Assembly (NCBI GenBank): GCA_964016885.1
Contig: OZ024743.1
Location: 175,584,001 to 175,648,000, forward strand
Length of the DNA stretch: 64,000 nucleotides
From: Eledone cirrhosa
Taxonomy: Eukaryota
Direction of reading: 5' to 3'
The notes beneath the pieces were generated by a model. The model was not told the DNA's origin and did not search any database. It was given only the letters and a program-made list of their open reading frames with translations. Both the position numbers and the translations under genes were made by a program. Shown here piece by piece: positions 15,101-30,100 of the stretch (the first letter of the stretch is position 1; each line of letters begins with the position of its first letter).

Positions 15101-18100
15101 AGGATGAAACCATGGTAGAGATCTAATTACGGTATGTACGCATTTCTTCTAAGTTTAATTTTACACCTAATTGTGTATGGTTGATGATATATTCAGTCAA
15201 TTTCTACATGCTGTCGAAATGTTGGATAAATTCTCGATTGGGGCCACCGCGAAGAGGCTACGTTCGGTTATTTGTCGGAGATTTCTCCATAAGAGCCTTT
15301 CTTCTTATAGCTTGATCTAATTGATTTTTTATATGGTTAATTATGCTAATTAGAAGAAGAAATAGTATATATTTTATCTGATGATTCTAATGACATGATT
15401 TATGATATATTGCTCTGATTTTGTAATTTATTAATTCTTCATGGAGCTTAAAAGTGACCAGTTGCAACATGTATATATCTATAACTTTATGTATATGTTA
15501 ACCTTTATATTTAATAATCTTCCGAAAGGTTGAGATTAAATTTGGCGATAATTGGCTGCGCTTTCTAGCAGCAAGCCTACCCGCCGTAAGCAAACAATCA
15601 CATTCTTTCTGGCTTGACCACAGCCACATAGCGATTCTTAGACATTTTTGAATCTATTTTCGGCGGGATCGGATTGAAAAAATAGATGTCTGATTTTGAG
15701 TTTGTCTCCTGATGAATCTAACTCAGGACATTCCTATTATTTGGATGTCTAAAAATAAGGATGAAACCATGGTAGAGATATAAGTAAGGTATGTACGCAT
15801 TTCTTCTAAGTTTAATTTTACACCTAATTGTGTATGGTTGATGATATATTTAGTCAATTTCTACATGTTGTCGAAAAGTTGGATAAATTCTCGATTGGGA
15901 CCACCGCGAAGAGGCTACGTTCGGTTATTTGTCGGAGATTTCTCCATAAGAGCCTTTCTTCTAATAGCTTGATTTAATTGATTTTTTATATGGTTAATTA
16001 TGCTAATTAGAAGAAGAAATAGTATATATTTTATCTGATGATTCTAAAGACATGATTTGTGATATATTGCTCTGATTTTTTAATTTATTATTTCTTCATA
16101 GAGCTTAAAAGTGACCAGTTGCAACATGTATATATCTATAACTTTATGTATATGTTAACCTTTATATTTAATAATCTCCGAATTCGTTGAGATTAAATTT
16201 GGTTGCGCTATATAGCAGCAAGCCTACCCTCCGTAAGCAACCAATCACATTCTTTCTGACTTGACCACAGCCACGTAGCGATTCTTAGCCATTTTTGAAT
16301 CTATTTTCGGCGGGATCGGATTGAAAAAATAGATGTCTGATTTTGAGTTTGTCTCCTGATGAATCTAACTCAGGACATTCCTATTATTTGGATGTCTAAA
16401 AATAAGGATGAAACCATGGTAGAGATATAAGTAAGGTATGTACGCATTTCTTCTAAGTTTAATTTCACACCTAATTGTGTATGGTTGATAATATATTTAG
16501 TCAATTTCTACATGCTGTCGAAATGTTGGATAAATTCTCGTTTGGGGCCACCGCGAAGAGGCTACGTTCGGTTATTTGTCGGAAATTTCGCCATAAGAGC
16601 CTTTCTTCTTATAGCTTGATCTAATTGATTTTTTTATATGGTTAATTATGCTAATTAGAAGAAGAAATAGTATATATTTTATCTGATGATTCTAAAGACA
16701 TGATTTATGATATATTGCTCTGATTTTGTAATTTATTAATTCTTCATGGTGCTTAAAAGTGACCAGTTGCAACATGTATATATCTATAACTTTATGTATA
16801 TGTTAACCTTTATATTTAATAATCTCCCGATAGGTTGAGATTAAATTTGGCGATAATTGGCTGCGCTTTCTAGCAGCAAGCCTACCCGCCGTAAGCAACC
16901 AATCACATTCTTTCTGGCTTGACCACAGCCACATAGCGATTGTTAGACATTTTTGAATCTATTTTCGGCGGGATCGGATTGAAAAAATAGATGTCTGATT
17001 TTGAGTTTGTCTCCTGATGAATCTAACTCAGAACATTCCTATTATTTGGATGTCTAAAAATAAGGATGAAACCATGGTAGAGATATAAGTAAGGTATGTA
17101 CGCATTTCTTCTAAGTTTAATTTTACACCTAATTGTGTATGGTTGATGATATATTTAGTCAATTTCTACATGCTGTCGAAAAGTTGGATAAATTCTCGAT
17201 TGGGACCACCGCGAAGAGGCTACGTTCGGTTATTTGTCGAAGATTTCTCCATAAGAGCCTTTCTTCTAATAGCTTGATCTAATTGATTTTTTATATGGTT
17301 AATTATGCTAATTAGAAGAAGAAATAGTATATATTTTATCTGATGATTCTAAAGACATGATTTGTGATATATTGCTCTGATTTTTTAATTTATTAATTCT
17401 TCATAGAGCTTAAAAGTGACCAGTTGCAACATGTGTATATCTATAACTTTATGTATATGTTAACCTTTATATTTAATAATCTCCCGATGCGTTGAGATTA
17501 AATTTGGCTGCGCTTTCTAGCAGCAAGCCTACCCTCCGTAAGCAACCAATCACATTCTTTCTGACTTGACCACAGCCACGTAGCGATTCTTAGCCATTTT
17601 TGAATCTATTTTCGGCGGGATCGGATTGAAAAACTAGATGACTGATTTTGAGTTTGTCGCCTGATGAATCCAAACTCAGGACATTCCTATTATTTGGATG
17701 TCTAAAAATAAGGATGAAACCATGGTAGAGATATAATTACGGTATGTACGCATATCTTCTAATTTTAATTTTACACCTAATTGTGTATGGTTGATGATAT
17801 ATTTAGTTAATTTCTACATGCTGTCGAAATGTTGGATAAATTCTCGTTTGGGGCCACCGCGAAGAGGCTACGTTCGGTTATTTGTCGGAAATTTCGCCAT
17901 AAGAGCCTTTCTTCTTATAGCTTGATCTAATTGATTTTTTTATATGGTTAATTATGCTAATTAGAAGAAGAAATAGTATATATTTTATCTGATGATTCTA
18001 AAGACATGATTTATGATATATTGCTCTGATTTTGTAATTTATTAATTCTTCATGGTGCTTAAAAGTGACCAGTTGCAACATGTATATATCTATAACTTTA

Positions 18101-21100
18101 TGTATATGTTAACCTTTATATTTAATAATCTCCCGATAGGTTGAGATTAAATTTGGCGATAATTGGCTGCGCTTTCTAGCAGCAAGCCTACCCGCCGTAA
18201 GCAACCAATCACATTCTTTCTGGCTTGACCACAGCCACATAGCGATTCTTAGCCATTTTTGAATCTATTTTCGGCGGGATCGGATTGAAAAACTAGATGT
18301 CTGATTTTGAGTTTGTCGCCTGATGAATCCTAACACAGGACATTCCTATTATTTGGATGTCTAAAAATAAGGATGAAACCATGGTAGAGATATAATTACG
18401 GTATGTACGCATTTCTTCTAAGTTTAATTTTACACCTAATTGTGTATGGTTGATGATATATTTAGTCCATTTCTATGCTGTCGAAATGTTGGATAATTTC
18501 TCGATTGGGGCCACCGCGAAGAGGCTACGTTCGGTTATTTGTCGGAGATTTCTCCATAAGAGCCTTTCTTCTTATAGCTTGATCTAATTGATTTTTTATA
18601 TGGTTAATTATGCTAATTAGAAGAAGAAATAGTATATATTTTATCTGATGATTCTAATGACATGATTTATGATATATTGCTCTGATTTTGTAATTTATTA
18701 ATTCTTCATAGAGCTTAAAAGTGACCAGTTGCAACATTTATATATCTATAACTTTATGTATATGTTAACGTTTATATTTAATAATCTCCCGAAAGGTTGA
18801 GATTAAATTTGGCGATAATTGGCTGCGCTTTCTAGCAGCAAGCCTACCCGCCGTAAGCAACTAATCACATTCTTTCTGGCTTGACCACAGCCACATAGCG
18901 ATTCTTAGACATTTTTGAATCTATTTTCGGCGGGATCGGATTGAAAAAATAGATGTCTGATTTTCAGTTTGTCTCCTGATGAATCTAACTCAGGACATTC
19001 CTATTATTTGGATGTCTAAAAATAAGGATGAAACCATGGTAGAGATATAATTACGGTATGTACGCATTTCTTCTAAGTTTAATTTTACACCTAATTGTGT
19101 ATGGTTGATGATATATTTAGTCAATTTCTACATGCTGTCGAAATGTTGGATAAATTCTCGATTGGGACCACCGCGAAGAGGCTACGTTCGGTTATTTGTC
19201 GGAGATTTCTCCATAAGAGCCTTTCTTCTAATAGATTGATCTAATTGATTTTTTATATGGTTAATTATGCTAATTAGAAGAAGAAATAGTATATATTTTA
19301 TCTGATGATTCTAAAGACATGATTTATGATATATTGCTCTGATTTTTTAATTTATTATTTCTTCATAGAGCTTAAAAGTGACCAGTTGCAACATGTATAT
19401 ATCTATAACTTTATGTATATGTTAACCTTTATATTTAATAATCTCCGAATGCGTTGAGATTAAATTTGTCTGCGCTTTCTAGCTAGAAGCCTACCCGTTG
19501 TAAGCAACCAATCACATTCATTCTGACTTGACCACAGCCACGTAGCGATTCTTAGCCATTTTTGAATCTATTTTCGGCGGGATCGGATTGAAAATCTAGA
19601 TGTCTGATTTTGAGTTTGTCTCCTGATGAATCCTAACTCAGGACATTCCTATTATTTGGATGTCTAAAAATAAGGATGAAACCCTGGTAGAGATATAATT
19701 ACGGTATGTACGCATATCTTCTAATTTTAATTTTACACCTAATTGTGTATGGTTGATGATATATTTAGTCAATTTCTACATGCTGTCGAAATGTTGGATA
19801 AATTCTCGATTGGGGCCACCGCGAAGAGGCTACGTCCGGTTATTTGTCGGAGATTTCTCCATAAGAGCCTTTCTTCTTATAGCTTGATCTAATTGATTTT
19901 TTATATGGTTAATTATGCTAATTAGAAGAAGAAATAGTATATATTTTATCTGATGATTCTAAAGACATGATTTATGATATATTGCTCTGATTTTTTAATT
20001 TATTATTTCTTCATAGAGCTTAAAAGTGACCAGTTGCAACATGTATATATCTATAACTTTATGTATATGTTAACCTTTATATTTAATAATCTCCCAATGC
20101 GTTGAGATTAAATTTGGCTGCGCTTTCTAGCAGCAAGCCTACCCGCTGTAAGCAACCAATCACATTCTTTCTGACTTGACCACAGCCACGTAGCGATTCT
20201 TAGCCATTTTTTAATCTATTTTCGGCGGGATCGGATTGAAAAACTAGATGTCTGATTATGAGTTTGTCTCCTGATGAATCCTAACTCAGGACATTCCTAT
20301 TATTTGGATGTCTAAAAATAAGGATGAAACCATGGTAGAGATATAATTACGGTATGTACGCATTTCTTCTAAGTTCAATTTTACACCTAATTGAGTATGG
20401 TTGATGATATATTTAGTCAATTTCTACATGCTGTCGAAATGTTGGATAAATTTATGTTTGGGGCCACCGCGAAGAGGCTACGTTCGGTTATTTGTCGGAG
20501 ATTTCGCCATAAGAGCCTTTCTTCTTATAGCTTGATCTAATTGATTTTTTTATATGGTTAATTATGCTAATTAGAAGAAGAAATAGTATATATTTTATCT
20601 GATGATTCTAAAGACATGATTTATGATATATTGCTCTGATTTTGTAATTTATTAATTCTTCATGGTGCTTAAAAGTGACCAGTTGCAACATGTATATATC
20701 TATAACTTTATGTATATGTTAACCTTTATATTTAATAATCTTCCGAAAGGTTGAGATTAAATTTGGCGATAATTGGCTGAGCTTTCTAGCAGCAAGCCTA
20801 CCCGCCGTAAGCAAACAATCACATTCTTTCTGGCTTAACCACAGCCACATAGCGATACTTAGACATTTTTGAATCTATTTTCGGCGGGATCGGATTGAAA
20901 AAATAGATGTCTGATTTTGAGTTTGTCTCCTGATGAATCTAACTCAGGACATTCCTATTATTTGGATGTCTAAAAATAAGGATGAAACCATGGTAGAGAT
21001 ATAATTACGGTATGTACGCATTTCTTCTGAGTTTAATTTTACACCTAATTGTGTATGGTTGATGATATATTTAGTCAATTTCTACATGCTGTCGAAATGT

Positions 21101-24100
21101 TGGATAAATTCTCGATTGGGACCACCGCGAAGAGGCTACGTTCGGTTATTTGTCGGAGATTCCTCCATAAGAGCCTTTCTTCTAATAGCTTGATCTAATT
21201 GATTTTTTATATGCTTAATTATGCTAATTAGAAGAAGAAATAGTATATATTTTATCTGATGATTCTAAAGACATGATTTGTGATATATTGCTCTGATTTT
21301 TTCATTTATTAATTCTTCATAGAGCTTAAAAGTGACCAGTTGCAACATGTGTATATCTATAACTTTATGTATATGTTAACCTTTATATTTAATAATCTCC
21401 CGATGCGTTGAGATTAAATTTGGCTGCGCTTTCTAGCAGCAAGCCTACCCTCCGTAAGCAACCAATCACATTCTTTCTGACTTGACCACAGCCACGTAGC
21501 GATTCTTAGCCATTTTTGAATCTATTTTCGGCGGGATCGGATTGAAAAACTAGATGACTGATTTTGAGTTTGTCGCCTGATGAATCCAAACTCAGGACAT
21601 TCCTATTATTTGGATGTCTAAAAGTAAGGATGAAACCATGGTAGAGATATAATTACGGTATGTACGCATATCTTCTAATTTTAATTTTACACCTAATTGT
21701 GTATGGTTGATGATATATTTAGTTAATTTCTACATGCTGTCGAAATGTTGGATAAATTCTCGTTTGGGGCCACCGCGAAGAGGCTACGTTCGGTTATTTG
21801 TCGGAAATTTCGCCATAAGAGCCTTTCTTCTTATAGCTTGATCTAATTGATTTTTTTATATGGTTAATTATGCTAATTAGAAGAAGAAATAGTATATATT
21901 TTATCTGATGATTCTAAAGACATGATTTATGATATATTGCTCTGATTTTGTAATTTATTAATTCTTCATGGTGCTTAAAAGTGACCAGTTGCAACATGTA
22001 TATATCTATAACTTTATGTATATGTTAACCTTTATATTTAATAATCTCCCGATAGGTTGAGATTAAATTTGGCGATAATTGGCTGCGCTTTCTAGCAGCA
22101 AGCCTACCCGCCGTAAGCAACCAATCACATTCTTTCTGGCTTAACCACAGCCACATAGCGATTCTTAGCCATTTTTGAATCTATTTTCGGCGGGATCGGA
22201 TTGAAAAACTAGATGTCTGATTTTGAGTTTGTCGCCTGATGAATCCTAACACAGGACATTCCTATTATTTGGATGTCTAAAAATAAGGATGAAACCATGG
22301 TAGAGATATAATTACGGTATGTACGCATTTCTTCTAAGTTTAATTTTACACCTAATTGTGTATGGTTGATGATATATTTAGTCCATTTCTATGCTGTCGA
22401 AATGTTGGATAATTTCTCGATTGGGGCCACCGCGAAGAGGCTACGTTCGGTTATTTGTCGGAGATTTCTCCATAAGAGCCTTTCTTCTTATAGCTTGATC
22501 TAATTGATTTTTTATATGGTTAATTATGCTAATTAGAAGAAGAAATTATATATATTTTATCTGATGATTCTAAAGACATGATTTATGATATATTGCTCTG
22601 ATTTTTTAATTTATTATTTCTTCATAGAGCTTAAAAGTGACCAGTTGCAACATGTATATATCTATAACTTTATGTATATGTTAACCTTTATATTTAATAA
22701 TCTCCGAATGCGTTGCGATTAAATTTGTCTGCGCTTTCTAGCTAGAAGCCTACCCGTTGTAAGCAACCAATCACATTCATTCTGACTTGACCACAGCCAC
22801 GTAGCGATTCTTAGCCATTTTTGAATCTATTTTCGGCGGGATCGGATTGAAAATCTAGATGTCTGATTTTGAGTTTGTCTCCTGATGAATCTAACTCAGG
22901 ACATTCCTATTATTTGGATGTCTAAAAATAAGGATGAAACCATGGTAGAGATATAATTACGGTATGTACGCATTTCTTCTAAGTCTAATTTTACACCTAA
23001 TTGTGTATGGTTGATGATATATTTAGTCAATTTCTACATGCTGTCGAAATGTTGGATAAATTCTCGATTGGGGCCACCGCGAAGAGGCTACGTCCGGTTA
23101 TTTGTCGGAGATTTCTCCATAAGAGCCTTTCTTCTTATAGCTTGATCTAATTGATTTTTTTATATGGTTAATCATGCTAATTAGAAGAAGAAATAGTATA
23201 TATTTTATCTGATGATTCTAAAGACATGATTTATGATATATTGCTCTGATTTTTTAATTTATTAATTCTTCATAGAGCTTAAAAGTGACCAGTTGCAACA
23301 TGTGTATATCTATAACTTTATGTATATGTTAACATTTATATTTAATAATCTCCCGATGCGTTGAGATTAAATTTGGCTGCGCTTTCTAGCAGCAAGCCTA
23401 CCCTCCGTAAGCAACCAATCACATTCTTTCTGACTTGACCACAGCCACGTAGCGATTCTTAGCCATTTTTGAAACTATTTTCGGCGGGATCGGATTGAAA
23501 AACTAGATGACTGATTTTGAGTTTGTCGCCTGATGAATCCGAACTCAGGACATTCCTATTATTTGGATGTCTAAAAATAAGGATTAAACCATGGTAGAGA
23601 TATAATTACGGTATGTACGCATATCTTCTAATTTTAATTTTACACCTAATTGTGTATGGTTGATGATATATTTAGTTAATTTCTACATGCTATCGAAATG
23701 TTGGATAAATTCTCGTTTGGGGCCACCGCGAAGAGGCTACGTTCGGTTATTTGTCGGAGATTTCTCCATAAGAGCCTTTCTTCTTATAGCTTCATCTAAT
23801 TGATTTTTTATATGGTTAATTATGCTAATTAGAAGAAGAAATAGTATATATTTTATCTGATGATTCTAAAGACATGATTGATGATATATTGCTCTGATTT
23901 TGTAATTTATTAATTCTTCATGGAGCTTAAAAGTGACCAGTTGCAACATGTATATATCTATAACTTTATGTATATGTTAACCTTTATATTTAATAATCTC
24001 CCGATAGGTTGAGATTAAATTTGGCGATAATTGGCTGCGCTTTCTAGCAGCAAGCCTACCCGCCGTAAGCAACCAATCACATTCTTTCTGGCTTGACCAC

Positions 24101-24135
24101 AGCCACAGAGCGATTCTTAGACATTTTTGAATCTA

Positions 24136-27100
24136 TTTTCGGCGGGATCGGATTGAAAAAATAGATGTCTGATTTTGAGTTTGTCTCCTGATGAATCTAA
24201 CTCAGGACATTCCTATTATTTGGATGTCTAAAAATAAGGATGAAACCATGGTAGAGATATAATTACGGTATGTACGCATTTCTTCTAAGTTTAATTTTAC
24301 ACCTAATTGTGTATGGTTGATGATATATTTAGTCAATTTCTACATGCTGTCGAAATGTTGGATAAATTCTCGATTGGGACCACCACGAAGAGGCTACGTT
24401 CGGTTATTTGTCGGAGATTTCTCCATAAGAGCCTTTCTTCTAATAGCTTGATCTAATTGATTTTTTATATGGTTAATTATGCTAATTAGAAGAAGAAATA
24501 GTATATATTTTATCTGATGATTCTAAAGACATGATTGATGATATATTGCTCTGATTTTTTAAATTATTATTTCTTCATAGAGCTTAAAAGTGACCAGTTG
24601 CAACATGTGTATATCTATAACTTTATGTATATGTTAACCTTTATATTTAATAATCTCCCGATGCGTTGAGATTAAATTTGGCTGCGCTTTCTAGCAGCAA
24701 GCCTACCCTCCGTAAGCAACCAATCACATTCTTTCTGACTTGACCACAGCCACGTAGCGACTCTTAGCCATTTTTGAATCTATTTTCGGCGGGATCGGAT
24801 TGAAAAACTAGATGACTGATTTTGAGTTTGTCGCCTGATGAATCCTAACTCAGGACATTCCTATTATTTGGATGTCTAAAAATAAGGATGAAACCATGGT
24901 AGAGATATAATTACGGTATGTACGCATATCTTCTAATTTTAATTTTACACCTAATTGTGTATGGTTCATGATATATTTAGTTAATTTCTACATGCTGTCG
25001 AAATGTTGGATAAATTCTCGTTTGGGGCCACCGCGAAGAGGCTACGTTCGGTTATTTGTCGGAAATTTCGCCATAAGAGCCTTTCTTCTTATAGCTTGAT
25101 CTAATTGATTTTTTTATATGGTTAATTATGCTAATTAGAAGAAGAAATAGTATATATTTTATCTGATGATTCTAAAGACATGATTTATGATATATTGCTC
25201 TGATTTTGTAATTTATTAATTCTTCATGGTGCTTAAAAGTGACCAGTTGCAACATGTATATATCTATAACTTTATGTATATGTTAACCTTTATATTTAAT
25301 AATCTCCCGATAGGTTGAGCTTAAATTTGGCGATAATTGGCTGCGCTTTCTAGCAGAAAGCCTACCCGCCGTAAGCAACCAATCACATTCTTTCTGGCTT
25401 GACCACAGCCACGTAGCCATTCTTAGCCGTTTTTGAATCTATTTTCGGCGGGATCGGATTGAAAAACTAGATGTCTGATTTTGAGTTTGTCGCCTGATGA
25501 ATCCTAACACAGGACATTCCTATTATTTGGATGTCTAAAAATAAGGATGAAACCATGGTAGAAATATAATTACGGTATGTACGCATTTCTTCTAAGTTTA
25601 ATTTTACACCTAATTGTGTATGGTTGATGATATACTTAGTCCATTTCTATGCTGTCGAAATGTTGGATAATTTCTCGATTGGGGCCACCGCGAAGAGGCT
25701 ACGTTCGGTTATTTGTCGGAGATTTCTCCATAAGAGCCTTTCTTCTTATAGCTTGATCTAATTGATTTTTTATATGGTTAATTATGCTAATTAGAAGAAG
25801 AAATAGTATATATTTTATCTGATGATTCTAAAGACATGATTTATGATATATTGCTCTGATTTTGTAATTTATTAATTCTTCATGGTGCTTAAAAGTGACC
25901 AGTTGCAACATGTATATATCTATAACTTTATGTATATGTTAACCTTTATATTTAATAATCTCCCGATAGGTTGAGATTAAATTTGGCGATAATTGGCTGC
26001 GCTTTCTAGCAGCAAGCCTACCCGCCGTAAGCAACCAATCACATTCTTTCTGGCTTGACCACAGCCACATAGCGATTCTTAGACATTTTTGAATCTATTT
26101 TCGGCGGGATCGGATTGAAAAAATAGATGTCTGATTTTGAGTTTGTCTCCTGATGAATCTAACTCAGGACATTCCTATTATTTGGATGTCTAAAAATAAG
26201 GATGAAACCATGGTAGAGATATAATTACGGTATGTACGCATTTCTTCTAAGTTTAATTTTACACCTAATTGTGTATGGTTGATGATATATTTAGTCAATT
26301 TCTACATGCTGTCGAAATGTTGGATAAATTCTCGATTGGGACCACCACGAAGAGGCTACGTTCGGTTATTTGTCGGAGATTTCTCCATAAGAGCCTTTCT
26401 TCTAATAGCTTGATCTAATTGATTTTTTATATGGTTAATTATGCTAATTAGAAGAAGAAATAGTATATATTTTATCTGATGATTCTAAAGACATGATTGA
26501 TGATATATTGCTCTGATTTTTTAAATTATTATTTCTTCATAGAGCTTAAAAGTGACCAGTTGCAACATGTGTATATCTATAACTTTATGTATATGTTAAC
26601 CTTTATATTTAATAATCTCCCGATGCGTTGAGATTAAATTTGGCTGCGCTTTCTAGCAGCAAGCCTACCCTCCGTAAGCAACCAATCACATTCTTTCTGA
26701 CTTGACCACAGCCACGTAGCGACTCTTAGCCATTTTTGAATCTATTTTCGGCGGGATCGGATTGAAAAACTAGATGACTGATTTTGAGTTTGTCGCCTGA
26801 TGAATCCTAACTCAGGACATTCCTATTATTTGGATGTCTAAAAATAAGGATGAAACCATGGTAGAGATATAATTACGGTATGTACGCATATCTTCTAATT
26901 TTAATTTTACACCTAATTGTGTATGGTTCATGATATATTTAGTTAATTTCTACATGCTGTCGAAATGTTGGATAAATTCTCGTTTGGGGCCACCGCGAAG
27001 AGGCTACGTTCGGTTATTTGTCGGAAATTTCGCCATAAGAGCCTTTCTTCTTATAGCTTGATCTAATTGATTTTTTTATATGGTTAATTATGCTAATTAG

Positions 27101-30100
27101 AAGAAGAAATAGTATATATTTTATCTGATGATTCTAAAGACATGATTTATGATATATTGCTCTGATTTTGTAATTTATTAATTCTTCATGGTGCTTAAAA
27201 GTGACCAGTTGCAACATGTATATATCTATAACTTTATGTATATGTTAACCTTTATATTTAATAATCTCCCGATAGGTTGAGCTTAAATTTGGCGATAATT
27301 GGCTGCGCTTTCTAGCAGAAAGCCTACCCGCCGTAAGCAACCAATCACATTCTTTCTGGCTTGACCACAGCCACGTAGCCATTCTTAGCCGTTTTTGAAT
27401 CTATTTTCGGCGGGATCGGATTGAAAAACTAGATGTCTGATTTTGAGTTTGTCGCCTGATGAATCCTAACACAGGACATTCCTATTATTTGGATGTCTAA
27501 AAATAAGGATGAAACCATGGTAGAAATATAATTACGGTATGTACGCATTTCTTCTAAGTTTAATTTTACACCTAATTGTGTATGGTTGATGATATACTTA
27601 GTCCATTTCTATGCTGTCGAAATGTTGGATAATTTCTCGATTGGGGCCACCGCGAAGAGGCTACGTTCGGTTATTTGTCGGAGATTTCTCCATAAGAGCC
27701 TTTCTTCTTATAGCTTGATCTAATTGATTTTTTATATGGTTAATTATGCTAATTAGAAGAAGAAATAGTATATATTTTATCTGATGATTCTAAAGACATG
27801 ATTTATGATATATTGCTCTGATTTTGTAATTTATTAATTCTTCATGGTGCTTAAAAGTGACCAGTTGCAACATGTATATATCTATAACTTTATGTATATG
27901 TTAACCTTTATATTTAATAATCTCCCGATAGGTTGAGATTAAATTTGGCGATAATTGGCTGCGCTTTCTAGCAGCAAGCCTACCCGCCGTAAGCAACCAA
28001 TCACATTCTTTCTGGCTTGACCACAGCCACATAGCGATTCTTAGACATTTTTGAATCTATTTTCGGCGGGATCGGATTGAAAAAATAGATGTCTGATTTT
28101 GAGTTTGTCTCCTGATGAATCTAACTCAGGACATTCCTATTATTTGGATGTCTAAAAATAAGGATGAAACCATGGTAGAGATATAATTACGGTATGTACG
28201 CATTTCTTCTAAGTTTAATTTTACACCTAATTGTGTATGGTTGATGATATATTTAGTCAATTTCTACATGCTGTCGAAATGTTGGATAAATTCTCGATTG
28301 GGACCACCACGAAGAGGCTACGTTCGGTTATTTGTCGGAGATTTCTCCATAAGAGCCTTTCTTCTAATAGCTTGATCTAATTGATTTTTTATATGGTTAA
28401 TTATGCTAATTAGAAGAAGAAATATTATATATTTTATCTGATGATTCTAAAGACATGATTGATGATATATTGCTCTGATTTTTTAAATTATTATTTCTTC
28501 ATAGAGCTTAAAAGTGACCAGTTGCAACATGTGTATATCTATAACTTTATGTATATGTTAACCTTTATATTTAATAATCTCCCGATGCGTTGAGATTAAA
28601 TTTGGCTGCGCTTTCTAGCAGCAAGCCTACCCTCCGTAAGCAACCAATCACATTCTTTCTGACTTGACCACAGCCACGTAGCGATTCTTAGCCATTTTTG
28701 AATCTATTTTCGGCGGGATCGGATTGAAAAACTAGATGAGTGATTTTGAGTTTGTCGCCTGATGAATCCTAACTCAGGACATTCCTATTATTTGGATGTC
28801 TAAAAATAAGGATGAAACCATGGTAGAGATATAATTACGGTATGTACGCATATCTTCTAATTTTAATTTTACACCTAATTGTGTATGGTTCATGATATAT
28901 TTAGTTAATTTCTACATGCTGTCGAAATGTTGGATAAATTCTCGTTTGGGGCCACCGCGAAGAGGCTACGTTCGGTTATTTGTCGGAAATTTCGCCATAA
29001 GAGCCTTTCTTCTTATAGCTTGATCTAATTGATTTTTTTATATGGTTAATTATGCTAATTAGAAGAAGAAATAGTATATATTTTATCTGATGATTCTAAA
29101 GACATGATTTATGATATATTGCTCTGATTTTGTAATTTATTAATTCTTCATGGTGCTTAAAAGTGACCAGTTGCAACATGTATATATCTATAACTTTATG
29201 TATATGTTAACCTTTATATTTAATAATCTCCCGATAGGTTGAGCTTAAATTTGGCGATAATTGGCTGCGCTTTCTAGCAGCAAGCCTACCCGCCGTAAGC
29301 AACCAATCACATTCTTTCTGGCTTGACCACAGCCACGTAGCCATTCTTAGCCGTTTTTGAATCTATTTTCGGCGGGATCGGATTGAAAAACTAGATGTCT
29401 GATTTTGAGTTTGTCGCCTGATGAATCCTAACACAGGACATTCCTATTATTTGGATGTCTAAAAATAAGGATGAAACCATGGTAGAGATATAATTACGGT
29501 ATGTACGCATTTCTTCTAAGTTTAATTTTACACCTAATTGTGTATGGTTGATGATATACTTAGTCCATTTCTATGCTGTCGAAATGTTGGATAATTTCTC
29601 GATTGGGGCCACCGCGAAGAGGCTACGTTCGGTTATTTGTCGGAGATTTCTCCATAAGAGCCTTTCTTCTTATAGCTTGATCTAATTGATTTTTTTATAT
29701 GGTTAATTATGCTAATTAGAAGAAGAAATAGTATATATTTTATCTGATGATTCTAAAGACATGATTTATGATATATTGCTCTGATTTTGTAATTTATTAA
29801 TTCTTCATGGTGCTTAAAAGTGACCAGTTGCAACATGTATATATCTATAACTTTATGTATATGTTAACCTTTATATTTAATAATCTCCCGATAGGTTGAG
29901 ATTAAATTTGGCGATAATTGGCTGCGCTTTCTAGCAGCAAGCCTACCCGCCGTAAGCAACCAATCACATTCTTTCTGGCTTGACCACAGCCACATAGCGA
30001 TTCTTAGACATTTTTGAATCTATTTTCGGCGGGATCGGATTGAAAAATAGATGTCTGATTTTGAGTTTGTCTCCTGATGAATCTAACTCAGGACATTCCT